A program made the position numbers and the translations under genes. 53,459 nt of DNA from Candidatus Rokubacteria bacterium 13_2_20CM_69_15_1 (GTDB taxonomy: Bacteria > Methylomirabilota > Methylomirabilia > Rokubacteriales > CSP1-6): positions 1 to 53,459 of the forward strand of contig MNCR01000102.1 of the NCBI GenBank assembly GCA_001914535.1, read 5' to 3'. The notes under the pieces are model-generated. The model had not been told where the DNA came from. It searched no databases and was given only the letters and a program-made list of their open reading frames with translations. How positions within the stretch are numbered: the first letter of the stretch is position 1; the number at the start of each line of letters is the position of its first letter. Of this stretch, positions 1 to 9,631 are shown piece by piece.

Positions 1-57
1 CTCGGGAGCGCGTGCGGCACCGCGACGCCTCCGAGCCTCCTCACGCCCGAGGGGTCC

Positions 58-1287
58 ATGCCCACGCGGCGGATCCTCGCGAACGGCGTCCGAGTCGTAG
101 TCCAGGAGTTCCACGCCGGCGATGTCGTCGCCGTGCAGCTCTGGGTCGGGGTGGGAGCCCGCGACGAAGCGTCGCGAGAGCTCGGGCTCGCCCACTATCT
201 CGAGCACATGCTCTTTAAGGGCACGGCGAGCCGCGCTCCGGGCTTCGTGGACCGCGAGGTGGAAGGGGTCGGCGGGCGACTCAACGCGGGGACTTCACTC
301 GACTACACGTATTACCACACCGTGCTTCCCGCGCCTCGCGCGACCGCGGCCATCGAGTTGCTCGCCGACCTGAGCGTGAATTCGACGCTCGGAGAGCAGA
401 CGCTCGACCTCGAGAAGCGCGTCGTCCTCGAGGAGATGCGACGGGGTGAGGACAACCCGCATCGCCATCTCCTCCGGCGGCTCTATGCGCTCCTCTTCGA
501 CGGGCACCCCTACGGCCGCCCAGTGATCGGCACCGCGGAGATCATCCAGGGGCTCACGCGCGAAACGCTTGTCGGATTCTACCGGCGGTCCTACGTTCCC
601 GAGTCGTTCGTGCTGGTCGTCGTGGGGCCCGTCAGTACGCCCGAGGTGCTGAGCGCGGCGGAGCGCACGCTCGGACGGCTGCCGCGCAGCGGGCTCAAGC
701 GATTTCCGCCGTCGGCGCCAGCCGCCGTGCGCTTGCACACGCTCGATGTCGAGCGGCCGGGGACGCAGGCCTACCTCGGCTTGGCGTGGCTCGGTCCGAA
801 GCTCGACCACGCGGACACGCCCGTCGTGGACTTGCTCGTGTCGATCCTCGGCCAGTCGCGGTCGTCGCGGTTGCCACAGGCGCTGCGTGAGAGGCTCGGC
901 CTCGTGAGCTCGGTCAGCGCGGACTACTCGGCACTCGAGGCCGCCGGCGCGGTGACGATCACGGCGCAGCTCGAGCCGACGAATCTGTCGCGCGTCGAGG
1001 CGGAGATCCTGAGAGAGCTCGCACGCCTGAGCGAGCGCGGCGTCACGAGCGCCGAGCTCAGGCGCGCCGTCACAGCGGCCGAGGCGCGCCATGCCTTCGC
1101 GAGCGAGACGGCGGAGGGCCGCGCCTACACGTTCGGTCGCGCGGAGACGGTCTGGCGCCTCGAGGAGGAGCTCGCCTACGTCGATCGCCTCCGCTCGGTG
1201 ACGCGCGACCAGATCCGCGCGGCGGCGCGCCGCTACCTCGATCCCGAGCGCTACACCCGGCTGGCGTTCGTGCCGCCCTCGCGATGA
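58..1287 (+). CDS. M16B family zinc peptidase, catalytic subunit (may extend 5' beyond window)
   Basis: HXXEH motif (LAHYLEHMLFKG), NAGTSLDYT motif and downstream VLEE; frame is open back to base 1 (LGSACGTATPPS...), so the true start may lie outside the window. Confidence 0.9.
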   Translation: MPTRRILANGVRVVVQEFHAGDVVAVQLWVGVGARDEASRELGLAHYLEHMLFKGTASRAPGFVDREVEGVGGRLNAGTSLDYTYYHTVLPAPRATAAIELLADLSVNSTLGEQTLDLEKRVVLEEMRRGEDNPHRHLLRRLYALLFDGHPYGRPVIGTAEIIQGLTRETLVGFYRRSYVPESFVLVVVGPVSTPEVLSAAERTLGRLPRSGLKRFPPSAPAAVRLHTLDVERPGTQAYLGLAWLGPKLDHADTPVVDLLVSILGQSRSSRLPQALRERLGLVSSVSADYSALEAAGAVTITAQLEPTNLSRVEAEILRELARLSERGVTSAELRRAVTAAEARHAFASETAEGRAYTFGRAETVWRLEEELAYVDRLRSVTRDQIRAAARRYLDPERYTRLAFVPPSR

Positions 1288-2594
1288 CCTCTCCGCAGCG
1301 CTGTGTCGCGCTGGTCCTTGTCGCGGCGCTCGTCGGCCCCGCCTCCACCGCGACGGCGCAGCCGCCCAGCGTCACGCGCCACGTCCTGGCCAATGGGATG
1401 ACGGTCATCGTGCGCGAGAATCCCCTTGCGCCGGTGGTCGCGGTGTCCCTCCAGGTGCGAACCGGCTTGCGGGCCGAAACGCCGGAGACCGCCGGCGTCA
1501 CCAACCTCCTGGTGCGGGCGATGATTCGCGGCACGGCGCGTCGCTCTGGCGCGGCGCTTGCCGAGACGGCCGAGGGGCTCGGCGGGAGCCTGGACGCGTC
1601 GGGCGAGGTGGAGTCCGCCGAGATCCGCGGCGAAGCGCTCGCCCGCCACTGGGGGGATCTGCTCGGGCTGATCGCGGAGGTCGCGCTCGAGCCGGCGCTC
1701 CTCGAGGCGGAGATCGAGCGCGAGCGGCGGCTCATCCTGAGTCAGATCCAGACGCGCGCCGAGGCGCCGTTCGAACTGAGCCTGGACACCCTGCTGCACC
1801 AGCTCTACGGCGACCATCCGTACGCGTGGCAGCGGCTCGGTCTCAAGGCGGCCATCGGGCGGCTCGGGCGCGCCGACCTGGTCGCGCACTACCGCGGCGT
1901 CTTCCAGGCGGCGCGGACGGTTCTCGCGGTGAGCGGCCAGGTGTCGAGCCCGCGCGTCGTCAAGACCGCCGAGCGGCTCTTCGCGAAGTTCCCGAGTTCG
2001 AGCGTGGGCGAGGTCGGCGCCGTGGCATCGGCTATGCCGAGCGGCGAGCGGCGCGCCCTCGAGCGACCCGCTCAGCAGGCGCAGATCCTCGTCGGCTACC
2101 TCGGGCCCGCGCTCAACGACCCGGCGTATCCCGCCGTCCGCGTGCTGGGCGTCGTGCTCGGCGGCGGGACGGCGGGCCGGCTCTTCGCCGAGCTCCGGGA
2201 GAAGCGCGGGCTCGCGTACTCGCTCGGGGTCCTGACACCGTTCCGCACCGGACCCGCCTTCGTCGTCGCCCACCTGGGCACGGCGCCCGAGAACGCGGCC
2301 GCGGCCGAGGCGGCCCTCCTCGCCGAGCTCGAGAGGGTCCGCCAAGCGCCGGTCGACGACCACGAGCTCGCTCGGGCGAAGGCCTACCTCATCGGGACCT
2401 TTTCGATGGACCGGCGGACGAACGCGCGACAGGCGTGGTACCTCGCGTTCTTCGAGGTGATCGGCGCGGGCTGGGATTTCGCCGACCGCTACGCGCGCGC
2501 CCTCGAAGCGGTCACGGCCGCCGACGTCGAGACCGCGGCGCGCCGCTACCTGGTCCGCCCGACGATCGTCGTCCTCCGGCCCCCGGCCCGATGA
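1284..2594 (+). CDS. M16B peptidase-like partner subunit, non-catalytic, with signal peptide
   Basis: M16 fold motifs (LANG, HPY, LREKRGLAY) but HXXEH replaced by NLLVR; N-terminal hydrophobic signal ending ATA-Q; ATGA overlap with previous gene. Confidence 0.85.
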   Translation: MTSPQRCVALVLVAALVGPASTATAQPPSVTRHVLANGMTVIVRENPLAPVVAVSLQVRTGLRAETPETAGVTNLLVRAMIRGTARRSGAALAETAEGLGGSLDASGEVESAEIRGEALARHWGDLLGLIAEVALEPALLEAEIERERRLILSQIQTRAEAPFELSLDTLLHQLYGDHPYAWQRLGLKAAIGRLGRADLVAHYRGVFQAARTVLAVSGQVSSPRVVKTAERLFAKFPSSSVGEVGAVASAMPSGERRALERPAQQAQILVGYLGPALNDPAYPAVRVLGVVLGGGTAGRLFAELREKRGLAYSLGVLTPFRTGPAFVVAHLGTAPENAAAAEAALLAELERVRQAPVDDHELARAKAYLIGTFSMDRRTNARQAWYLAFFEVIGAGWDFADRYARALEAVTAADVETAARRYLVRPTIVVLRPPAR

Positions 2595-3307
2595 TTCCGA
2601 TCAGCGACGACGTTCCGAGCCGCACCGTTCCGTTGGTGACGATCGGGCTCATCGGGGCGAACGTCGCCGTGTTTCTCTACCAGGCCTCGCTCGGGATCAG
2701 CGCCGATCCCCGTGCGGCGAGCATCGCCCAGGCGTTCGTGATGGAGTTTGGGGCGATCCCATGCCGGCTCAGCGGTGGATGCCCGGCCGTCGACGGGTTC
2801 CCGCACCCGGTCGTCACGATCTTCACGGCGATGTTCCTCCACGGCGGGCTGTTCCACGTCGGCGGCAACATGCTCTATCTCTGGATCTTCGGGAACAATG
2901 TCGAGGACACCCTGGGACACGGACGGTTCCTCCTCTTCTACCTCGCGTCCGGCATCGCGGCGGCCTTCGCCCAAACGTTCGTGAACCCCGACTCGACGGT
3001 GCCGATGATCGGGGCGAGTGGCGCCGTGTCTGGGGTCCTCGGCGCCTACCTGTTCCTGTTCCCGTACGCGCGCGTGCTCGTGTTGCTGATCTTCGGCTTC
3101 TTCATCCGACCCGTGTACGTTCCGGCGATCGTCGTGCTCGGCTTCTGGATCGTGGTTCAGTTCGTCAATGGCCTGATCACCGTCAGCGCGGCGGCCCACG
3201 GCGGCGGCGAGGCGGGAGGGACGGCGTGGTTCGCCCACATCGGCGGGTTCCTCGCGGGGATCGTGCTGCTGTTTCTGATTCGGCGGTGGCGGGGTGGTCG
3301 CCTATAA
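2591..3307 (+). CDS. Rhomboid family intramembrane serine protease
   Basis: MIPISDD start at ATGA overlap; FLHGG..H..GNM, GASG (catalytic Ser) and AHIGG (catalytic His) motifs; multiple hydrophobic helices. Confidence 0.93.
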   Translation: MIPISDDVPSRTVPLVTIGLIGANVAVFLYQASLGISADPRAASIAQAFVMEFGAIPCRLSGGCPAVDGFPHPVVTIFTAMFLHGGLFHVGGNMLYLWIFGNNVEDTLGHGRFLLFYLASGIAAAFAQTFVNPDSTVPMIGASGAVSGVLGAYLFLFPYARVLVLLIFGFFIRPVYVPAIVVLGFWIVVQFVNGLITVSAAAHGGGEAGGTAWFAHIGGFLAGIVLLFLIRRWRGGRL

Positions 3308-4116
3308 TGAGAAACGTGACCAAGGCCGCGGCCCGCGTGCGCATCGACCGCCTGCTCGTCGAGCGCGGGCTCGTCGAGAGTCGGGAGCAGGCCGCCCGCC
3401 TGATCCTCGCGGGCGAGGTGCTCGTGGACGGCAAGCGCGTGGACAAGGCGGGCGCCCTCGTCGGCGGGGAGGCGAGCGTCGAGCTCCAGGGGCGCGCGCC
3501 GTTCGTGAGCCGGGGCGGCGAGAAGCTCGTCCACGCCCTCGACGCCTTCCAAATGAAGGTGGCCGGCCGGGTCTGCCTCGACGTGGGCGCCTCGACCGGC
3601 GGCTTCACCGACTGCCTGCTCCAGCGCGGCGCCGCCCGCGTGTACGCCGTGGACGTCGGGGTGGGCCAGCTCGACGCCAGGCTGCGCAAGGACCCGCGCG
3701 TCATCGTGATGGAGAAGAGCAACGCCCGGGCCCTCGACCCCCGGATCTTCGGCGAGCAGCCTACGCTCGCCGTCATCGACGTCTCGTTCATCTCGCTGGA
3801 GAAGGTCTTGCCGTCGGTGTTCGGCGTGCTCGCGCCGCGCGGTGAGGTCATCGCGCTGGTGAAGCCCCAGTTTGAAGTGGGGCGCGAGGCCGTGGGCAAG
3901 GGCGGCGTCGTGCGAGAACCGGCGCTCCACCGTCAGGCGGTGGCCCGCCTCGCGCGGTACGCGGTGCTCCGCGGCTGGCACGTGCTCGGCGTCACCGCCT
4001 CACCGCTCCGGGGCCCCAAGGGCAACCGCGAGTTCTTCCTCTATTGCTCGAGCCACGGGCGCACCGCGAGCGACCTCGAGTCGATGATCGACCGGAGCGT
4101 CGAGGCGCTTGCGTGA
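3307..4116 (+). CDS. tlyA: TlyA family rRNA 2'-O-methyltransferase (S4 + FtsJ-like domains)
   Basis: RIDRLLVERG S4 domain, FVSRGGEKL, DVGASTGGFTD, DVSFISL, LVKPQFE, GPKGNREF; alternative start GTG 3316. Confidence 0.93.
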   Translation: MRNVTKAAARVRIDRLLVERGLVESREQAARLILAGEVLVDGKRVDKAGALVGGEASVELQGRAPFVSRGGEKLVHALDAFQMKVAGRVCLDVGASTGGFTDCLLQRGAARVYAVDVGVGQLDARLRKDPRVIVMEKSNARALDPRIFGEQPTLAVIDVSFISLEKVLPSVFGVLAPRGEVIALVKPQFEVGREAVGKGGVVREPALHRQAVARLARYAVLRGWHVLGVTASPLRGPKGNREFFLYCSSHGRTASDLESMIDRSVEALA

Positions 4117-4970
4117 AGCGCGTCGGCGTCGTAGCGAAGCCAGGCGCGGGTGAGTCCCGGGCCCCGATCCAGGCGCTCCTCGAGTGGCTCTCGGCACGGG
4201 GACTCTCCCCGGTGCTCGAGAAGGAGACCGCCGGGCTGGTCCCGGCGGCCACCGTCCCCTCCGTGGGCAAGGCGGACCTGCCCGCACAGGTGGACCTGGT
4301 CGTGGTGCTCGGCGGCGACGGCACCCTCCTCTCGACGGCTCGCGCGGTCGGCGACCTCGGCGTGCCGCTGCTCGGCGTGAACCTCGGCGGGCTCGGCTTC
4401 CTCACCGCGACGACGCTGGACGAGATGTTCCCGGCGCTCGAGGCGGTCCTCGCGGGCCGGATGGCGGTGGACGAGCGTATGATGCTGATCGCGCGCATCG
4501 TCCGGGACGGCCAGCGGCTCGGGGAGTACGCCGCCCTCAACGACATCGTCATCACCAAGTCCGCGATGAGTCGTATCATCGATCTCGCGGTGTCGGTCGA
4601 GGGACAACACGCCACCTCCTACCGCGCCGACGGCCTCATCATCTCGACGCCCACTGGCTCGACCGCCTACAACCTCTCGGCCGGCGGGCCCATCCTGTTC
4701 CCGACGATGGACGCGATCGTGCTGACGCCGATCTGTTCCCACACGCTGACGAACCGACCGATCGTCCTCCCGGGCATGCACCGGGTCGAGGTCACGCTGA
4801 TGGCGGACCAGGACGTCATGGTCACCGTGGACGGCCAGATCGGCGTGGGCCTCAGGGAGCACGACACCGTACAGGTGATCAAGGGCGCCGCCCGGATCCG
4901 CCTCGTGCGCTTCCCGCAGACGGAGTTCTTCTCGGTCCTCCGGACCAAGCTGAAGTGGGGGGAACGCTAG
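4113..4970 (+). CDS. nadK: NAD kinase
   Basis: LGGDGT, GVNLGGLGFL, NE/D motif (ALND), DGLIISTPTGSTAYNLSAGG; GTGA overlap with tlyA. Confidence 0.95.
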   Translation: MKRVGVVAKPGAGESRAPIQALLEWLSARGLSPVLEKETAGLVPAATVPSVGKADLPAQVDLVVVLGGDGTLLSTARAVGDLGVPLLGVNLGGLGFLTATTLDEMFPALEAVLAGRMAVDERMMLIARIVRDGQRLGEYAALNDIVITKSAMSRIIDLAVSVEGQHATSYRADGLIISTPTGSTAYNLSAGGPILFPTMDAIVLTPICSHTLTNRPIVLPGMHRVEVTLMADQDVMVTVDGQIGVGLREHDTVQVIKGAARIRLVRFPQTEFFSVLRTKLKWGER

Positions 4971-4992
4971 GGCGTCTTCCCCCGGATACGAC

Positions 4993-5021
4993 TTGAGCCG
5001 CCGCGGCGAGTAACCTAGCAT
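4993..5021 (+). promoter_or_regulatory. Putative sigma70-type promoter of recN (leaderless-like)
   Basis: TTGAGC (4993-4998), 17-nt spacer, TAGCAT (5016-5021), 8 nt before ATG 5030; no Shine-Dalgarno. Confidence 0.5.
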
Positions 5022-5029
5022 CGTCACCG

Positions 5030-6718
5030 ATGCTCCGCGAGCTTCGCATCCGGAACTTCGCCGTCATCGAAAGCGCCGCGGCGGAGTTTCGCCCGGGCCT
5101 CAACGTCCTCACCGGCGAGACCGGCGCTGGCAAGTCCATGCTCATCGACGCGATTCTGTTGGTTCTGGGAGCGCGCGCCCAGACTGACGTGATCCGAGGC
5201 GACACCGACACCGCCACGATCGAGGCGGTGTTCGACGTCGAGCCGCGCGGCGCCGTCGCCGCCGCGCTCGAAGAGGCGGGACTCTCGCTCGACGACGGCC
5301 TCCTCGTGGCGCGGCGCGAGCTCAGTCGCTCGGGCCGCCACCGGGCCTTCGTCAACGACGCGGCCGTCACCGTCGGGCTCCTCGAACGCCTGGGCGACCA
5401 CCTCGTCGAGGTGCACGGCCAGCACGAGCACGCGCGTCTGCTCGAGCCCGCCCGCCAGCTCGAGCTCCTGGACCGCTTCGCCGATGCGGAGGAGCTCAGG
5501 GAGCGCGTGACGAGTCTCGTGGCGAAGTTTCGCGCCGCGCGCGCCGAGGTGGAACGGGCGCGCGCCGCCGAGCGCGACCGGGCCCAGCGGGAGGATCTCC
5601 TGCGCTTCCAGCTCTCCGAGCTCGACGGCGCGCGCGTGCGCCCGGGCGAGGAGGAGGAGCTCCGGCAGGAGCGGCGCCGGCTCCAACACGCCGACAAGCT
5701 CGCCGCGGGGCTGGCCGAAGTCGTGGCGCTCCTCGACGACGATCGCGACGCTGCGACGGCGCGGCTCCACCGCGCGACGCGCGTCCTCGGCGACCTGGCG
5801 CGCCTCGACCCCGCGTTCGCGGCGCCCGTCGAGCCTCTCGACGCGGCCAACGCGCAGCTCGAGGAAGCGCTCGCGGCGGTCCGGGCGCTCCGCGATTCGG
5901 TGGCGGTCGAGCCCGGCCGGCTCGAGTCGCTCGACGAGCGCCTGGATGCCCTCACGCGCCTCAAGCGGAAGTACGGCGACACCGAGGACGCGATGCTCAA
6001 GTTCCGCGACGAGGTCGCCGCCGAGCTCGACCGTCTCTCGCGCCACGAGGAGATCCGCGCCGCCGAGGAGCGGAGGCTCGGCGAGCTCCAGGCGGAGCTC
6101 GCGCAGGCGGCCACGACGCTCTCCGAGCGACGGCGGGTCGCGGCGGAGCGGTTGGCTCCCGCGGTGGAGCGGGAGCTGCGCGCGCTCGGAATGGAGCGCT
6201 CCGTGTTCCGGATCGGACTGGAGCGGGCGGAGCTCGAGGAGGTGTCGCCGCGGGGTCTCGAGCGGGTTGAGTTCCGGCTCTCGACCAACCCGGGGGAGGA
6301 GGCGCGGTCGCTCGCGCGGGTGGCGTCCGGGGGCGAGCTGTCCCGGACGATGCTCGGGCTCCAGACCGTCCTCGCGAAGGCGGACCGGGTGCCGACGATG
6401 GTGTTCGACGAGGTGGACGCGGGCATCGGCGGACGCGTCGCCTCGGTCGTCGCGCAGAAGCTCGCGATGGCGGCGGAGGGCCGCCAGGTGCTCTGCGTGA
6501 CCCACCTCGCGCCGATCGCGGCGCGCGCCAGCCACCACGTGCGCGTGACCAAGAGCCTGCGCGCCGGGCGCACGCGCGTCGCCGCCGAGGTACTAGCCGG
6601 CGACACGCGTGTCGAGGAGATCGCGCGTATGCTCGCCGGCGAGCGAGTCACCGACACCGCGCGTGGCCACGCGCGCGAGCTGCTCGGCGCGTCAGGGCCG
6701 CGCGAAAGGCGGGCGTGA
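5030..6718 (+). CDS. recN: DNA repair protein RecN
   Basis: LTGETGAGKS Walker A, HGQHE Q-loop, coiled coil, ASGGELSR signature, FDEVDAGIGG Walker B; conserved tlyA-nadK-recN order. Confidence 0.96.
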   Translation: MLRELRIRNFAVIESAAAEFRPGLNVLTGETGAGKSMLIDAILLVLGARAQTDVIRGDTDTATIEAVFDVEPRGAVAAALEEAGLSLDDGLLVARRELSRSGRHRAFVNDAAVTVGLLERLGDHLVEVHGQHEHARLLEPARQLELLDRFADAEELRERVTSLVAKFRAARAEVERARAAERDRAQREDLLRFQLSELDGARVRPGEEEELRQERRRLQHADKLAAGLAEVVALLDDDRDAATARLHRATRVLGDLARLDPAFAAPVEPLDAANAQLEEALAAVRALRDSVAVEPGRLESLDERLDALTRLKRKYGDTEDAMLKFRDEVAAELDRLSRHEEIRAAEERRLGELQAELAQAATTLSERRRVAAERLAPAVERELRALGMERSVFRIGLERAELEEVSPRGLERVEFRLSTNPGEEARSLARVASGGELSRTMLGLQTVLAKADRVPTMVFDEVDAGIGGRVASVVAQKLAMAAEGRQVLCVTHLAPIAARASHHVRVTKSLRAGRTRVAAEVLAGDTRVEEIARMLAGERVTDTARGHARELLGASGPRERRA

Positions 6719-6746
6719 GTCGCGCGGTGTGCCATAATCGATTCTG

Positions 6747-9527
6747 ATGATCGCGGCGATCCTCCGAAAGATCCTCGGCACCAAGCACGAGCGGGACGTC
6801 AAGCGCATGACGCCCACGGTCGAGGCGATCAATGCCCTCGAGCCGGCGATCCAGACGCTCGGCGAGGCCGAGCTCCAGGCGAAGACCGACGCGCTCCGGA
6901 AGCGCCTCGAGGCGGGCGAGACGGTCGAGGAGCTCCTCCCGGAGGCGTTCGCCGTCTGCCGCGAGGCGGCGCGGCGCACCGTGGGCATGCGCCACTTCGA
7001 CGTCCAGCTGATCGGCGGCATGGTGCTGCACCAGGGCACGATCGCCGAGATGGCGACGGGCGAGGGCAAGACGCTCGTCGCGACGCTCCCCGCGTACCTC
7101 AACGGCCTCACGGGCCGCGGCGTGCACATCGTCACGGTCAACGATTACCTCGCCAAGCGCGACGCCCAGTGGATGGGGCCCATCTATCAGGCGCTCGGCC
7201 TGACCGTCGGGGTGATCCAGCACGAGGCCTCCTTCCGCTACGATCCGACGTACGTGACCTCGGACATCCGGATGACGGCGCTCCGACCGTGCACGCGCCA
7301 GGAGGCGTACCGCGCAGACGTCACGTACGGCACGAACAACGAGTTCGGCTTCGACTACCTCCGCGACAACATGCGCTTCACGCTCGACGAGCTCGTTCAG
7401 CGGGAGTTGCACTACGCGATCGTGGACGAGGTGGACTCGATCCTGATCGACGAGGCGCGAACGCCGTTGATCATCTCGGGACCGGCGGACGAATCGACCG
7501 AGCTGTATTACAAGCTCGACCGCATCATCCCCAAGCTCAAGCGGGCGGCGACGATCGTCGACGGCAAGCTCTCCGAGGTCGAGGCGCAGAAGGAGGGCGA
7601 CTACATCGTCGACGAGAAGGCACGCGCCGTGGCGCTCACGGAGCAGGGGATCGCCACCTGCGAGCGGCTGCTCTCCATCGAGAACCTGTACGACCCCCAG
7701 CACATCACGGTCCTCCACCACATCCAGCAGGGGCTCAGGGCGCACGCGCTCTTCAAGCGCGACGTAGACTACGTCGTCAAGGACGGTCAGGTCATCATCG
7801 TGGACGAGTTCACGGGCCGACTCATGCCGGGACGCCGGTGGTCGGACGGCCTCCACCAGGCCGTCGAGGCCAAGGAGGGCGTGCGGATCGAGCGTGAGAA
7901 CCAGACGCTCGCGACGATCACGTTCCAGAACTACTTCCGGATGTACGAAAAGCTCGCCGGCATGACCGGCACCGCCGAGACCGAGGCCGAAGAGTTCGCG
8001 AAGATCTACAAGCTCGACGTCACGGTCATCCCCACCAACCGGCCGCTCGTTCGGGTGAATCACCCGGACGTCGTCTACAAGAGTGAGCGCGAGAAGTTCA
8101 ACGCGGTGGTGGAGGACATCATCGAGCGCACCACGCAGGGCCAGCCCGTGCTCGTCGGCACGGTCTCCATCGAGAAGTCCGAGCAGCTCTCGAAGCTCCT
8201 CAAGAAGCGCGGCGTCCGTCACGAGGTCCTGAACGCCAAGTACCACGAGCGCGAGGCCGAGATCGTCGCCCAGGCCGGCCGCGAGGGCGCCGTCACGATC
8301 GCGACCAACATGGCGGGCCGCGGGACCGACATCCTGCTCGGCGGCAACCCGGAGTTCCTCTCGAAGGAGATCCTCCGGCGGAAGGGGCTCGACCCGGCGA
8401 CCGCGGCCCCTCCGGAGCGCGCGGACGCGGTCGCTGAGGCGCGCCGGATCACCGAGCCGGAGCACGCGCGCGTCGTCGCCCGCGGCGGGCTGCACATCGT
8501 CGGCACGGAGCGGCACGAGGCGCGGCGCGTGGACAACCAGCTTCGCGGCCGTGCCGGACGCCAGGGCGACCCGGGCTCCTCGCGCTTCTATCTGTCGCTC
8601 GAGGACGACCTGCTCCGGATCTTCGGCTCGCAACGTATCCAGAAGATCATGGAGCGCCTCGGGATGGAAGAGGGCGAGCCGATCGAGCATAAGCTCGTGA
8701 CGCGCGCGATCGCGACGGCGCAGAAGCGCGTCGAGACGCACAACTACGAGATCCGCAAGCACCTCCTCGAGTACGACGACGTGATGAACAAGCAGCGCGA
8801 GATCATCTACGGCATGCGCCGCCAGATCCTCGATGGGGAAAGCCAGGCGGACACGATCGCGGAATGGATCGAGGACCTCGTGGTGCTGACGTTGGACGCC
8901 TACGCGGCCGAAGGCGCCCACCCCGAGGACTGGGACCTCGGCGGGCTCGGCGAGGCGCTCTACCGCCAGTTCGACGTGCGGATTCCGCCCGCGCGCCACG
9001 CGGAGGCCGTCTCGCGCGACGGGCTCGCCGAGCTGGTCGGAGCCGCCGTCCGCGAGCGCTACGCGGATCGCGAGCGCCAGCTCGGCCCGGATCTCATGCG
9101 CGCGCTCGAGCGCCACGAGATGCTGGTCGTCATCGACGCGCAGTGGAAGGACCACCTCCTCTCCATCGACCACCTGAAGGAGGGGATCGGCCTCCGAGGC
9201 TACGGCCAGCGAGACCCGCTCACCGAGTACAAGAAGGAAGCGTTCGATCTGTTCCAGGACATGGTCGAGCGCGTGAAGGCCGCGGTCGTCGAGCGGCTGT
9301 TCAAGGTCCAGGTCGTCCGGGACGCGCCGATGGAGCTGCCCGCGATGACCGCGTGGACGGATGCGCGCGAGTCCCGCGGCGAGCTGCCGACGGAGCCCGG
9401 GCGGGCCGGCCCGCCCCCCAAGCGCGAGCCCACGCGCACGCCGACGGGCGCTAAAGTGGGGCGCAACGACCCGTGCCCCTGCGGGTCCGGCAAGAAGTAC
9501 AAGAAGTGCTGCTATCTGAAGGGTTGA
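6747..9527 (+). CDS. secA: Preprotein translocase ATPase SecA
   Basis: [63 protein letters not shown]-terminal [22 protein letters not shown]. Confidence 0.98.
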   Translation: MIAAILRKILGTKHERDVKRMTPTVEAINALEPAIQTLGEAELQAKTDALRKRLEAGETVEELLPEAFAVCREAARRTVGMRHFDVQLIGGMVLHQGTIAEMATGEGKTLVATLPAYLNGLTGRGVHIVTVNDYLAKRDAQWMGPIYQALGLTVGVIQHEASFRYDPTYVTSDIRMTALRPCTRQEAYRADVTYGTNNEFGFDYLRDNMRFTLDELVQRELHYAIVDEVDSILIDEARTPLIISGPADESTELYYKLDRIIPKLKRAATIVDGKLSEVEAQKEGDYIVDEKARAVALTEQGIATCERLLSIENLYDPQHITVLHHIQQGLRAHALFKRDVDYVVKDGQVIIVDEFTGRLMPGRRWSDGLHQAVEAKEGVRIERENQTLATITFQNYFRMYEKLAGMTGTAETEAEEFAKIYKLDVTVIPTNRPLVRVNHPDVVYKSEREKFNAVVEDIIERTTQGQPVLVGTVSIEKSEQLSKLLKKRGVRHEVLNAKYHEREAEIVAQAGREGAVTIATNMAGRGTDILLGGNPEFLSKEILRRKGLDPATAAPPERADAVAEARRITEPEHARVVARGGLHIVGTERHEARRVDNQLRGRAGRQGDPGSSRFYLSLEDDLLRIFGSQRIQKIMERLGMEEGEPIEHKLVTRAIATAQKRVETHNYEIRKHLLEYDDVMNKQREIIYGMRRQILDGESQADTIAEWIEDLVVLTLDAYAAEGAHPEDWDLGGLGEALYRQFDVRIPPARHAEAVSRDGLAELVGAAVRERYADRERQLGPDLMRALERHEMLVVIDAQWKDHLLSIDHLKEGIGLRGYGQRDPLTEYKKEAFDLFQDMVERVKAAVVERLFKVQVVRDAPMELPAMTAWTDARESRGELPTEPGRAGPPPKREPTRTPTGAKVGRNDPCPCGSGKKYKKCCYLKG

Positions 9528-9631
9528 CGGCCTCCGTATAAGCCTCGACATCTGGGGCTCCGGTGGTCCTCGGGCCCTACCGCTGGTACATTTATTTTGG
9601 CCGCAAGGGTCCGTCCGTGTTAGAAAAACTC

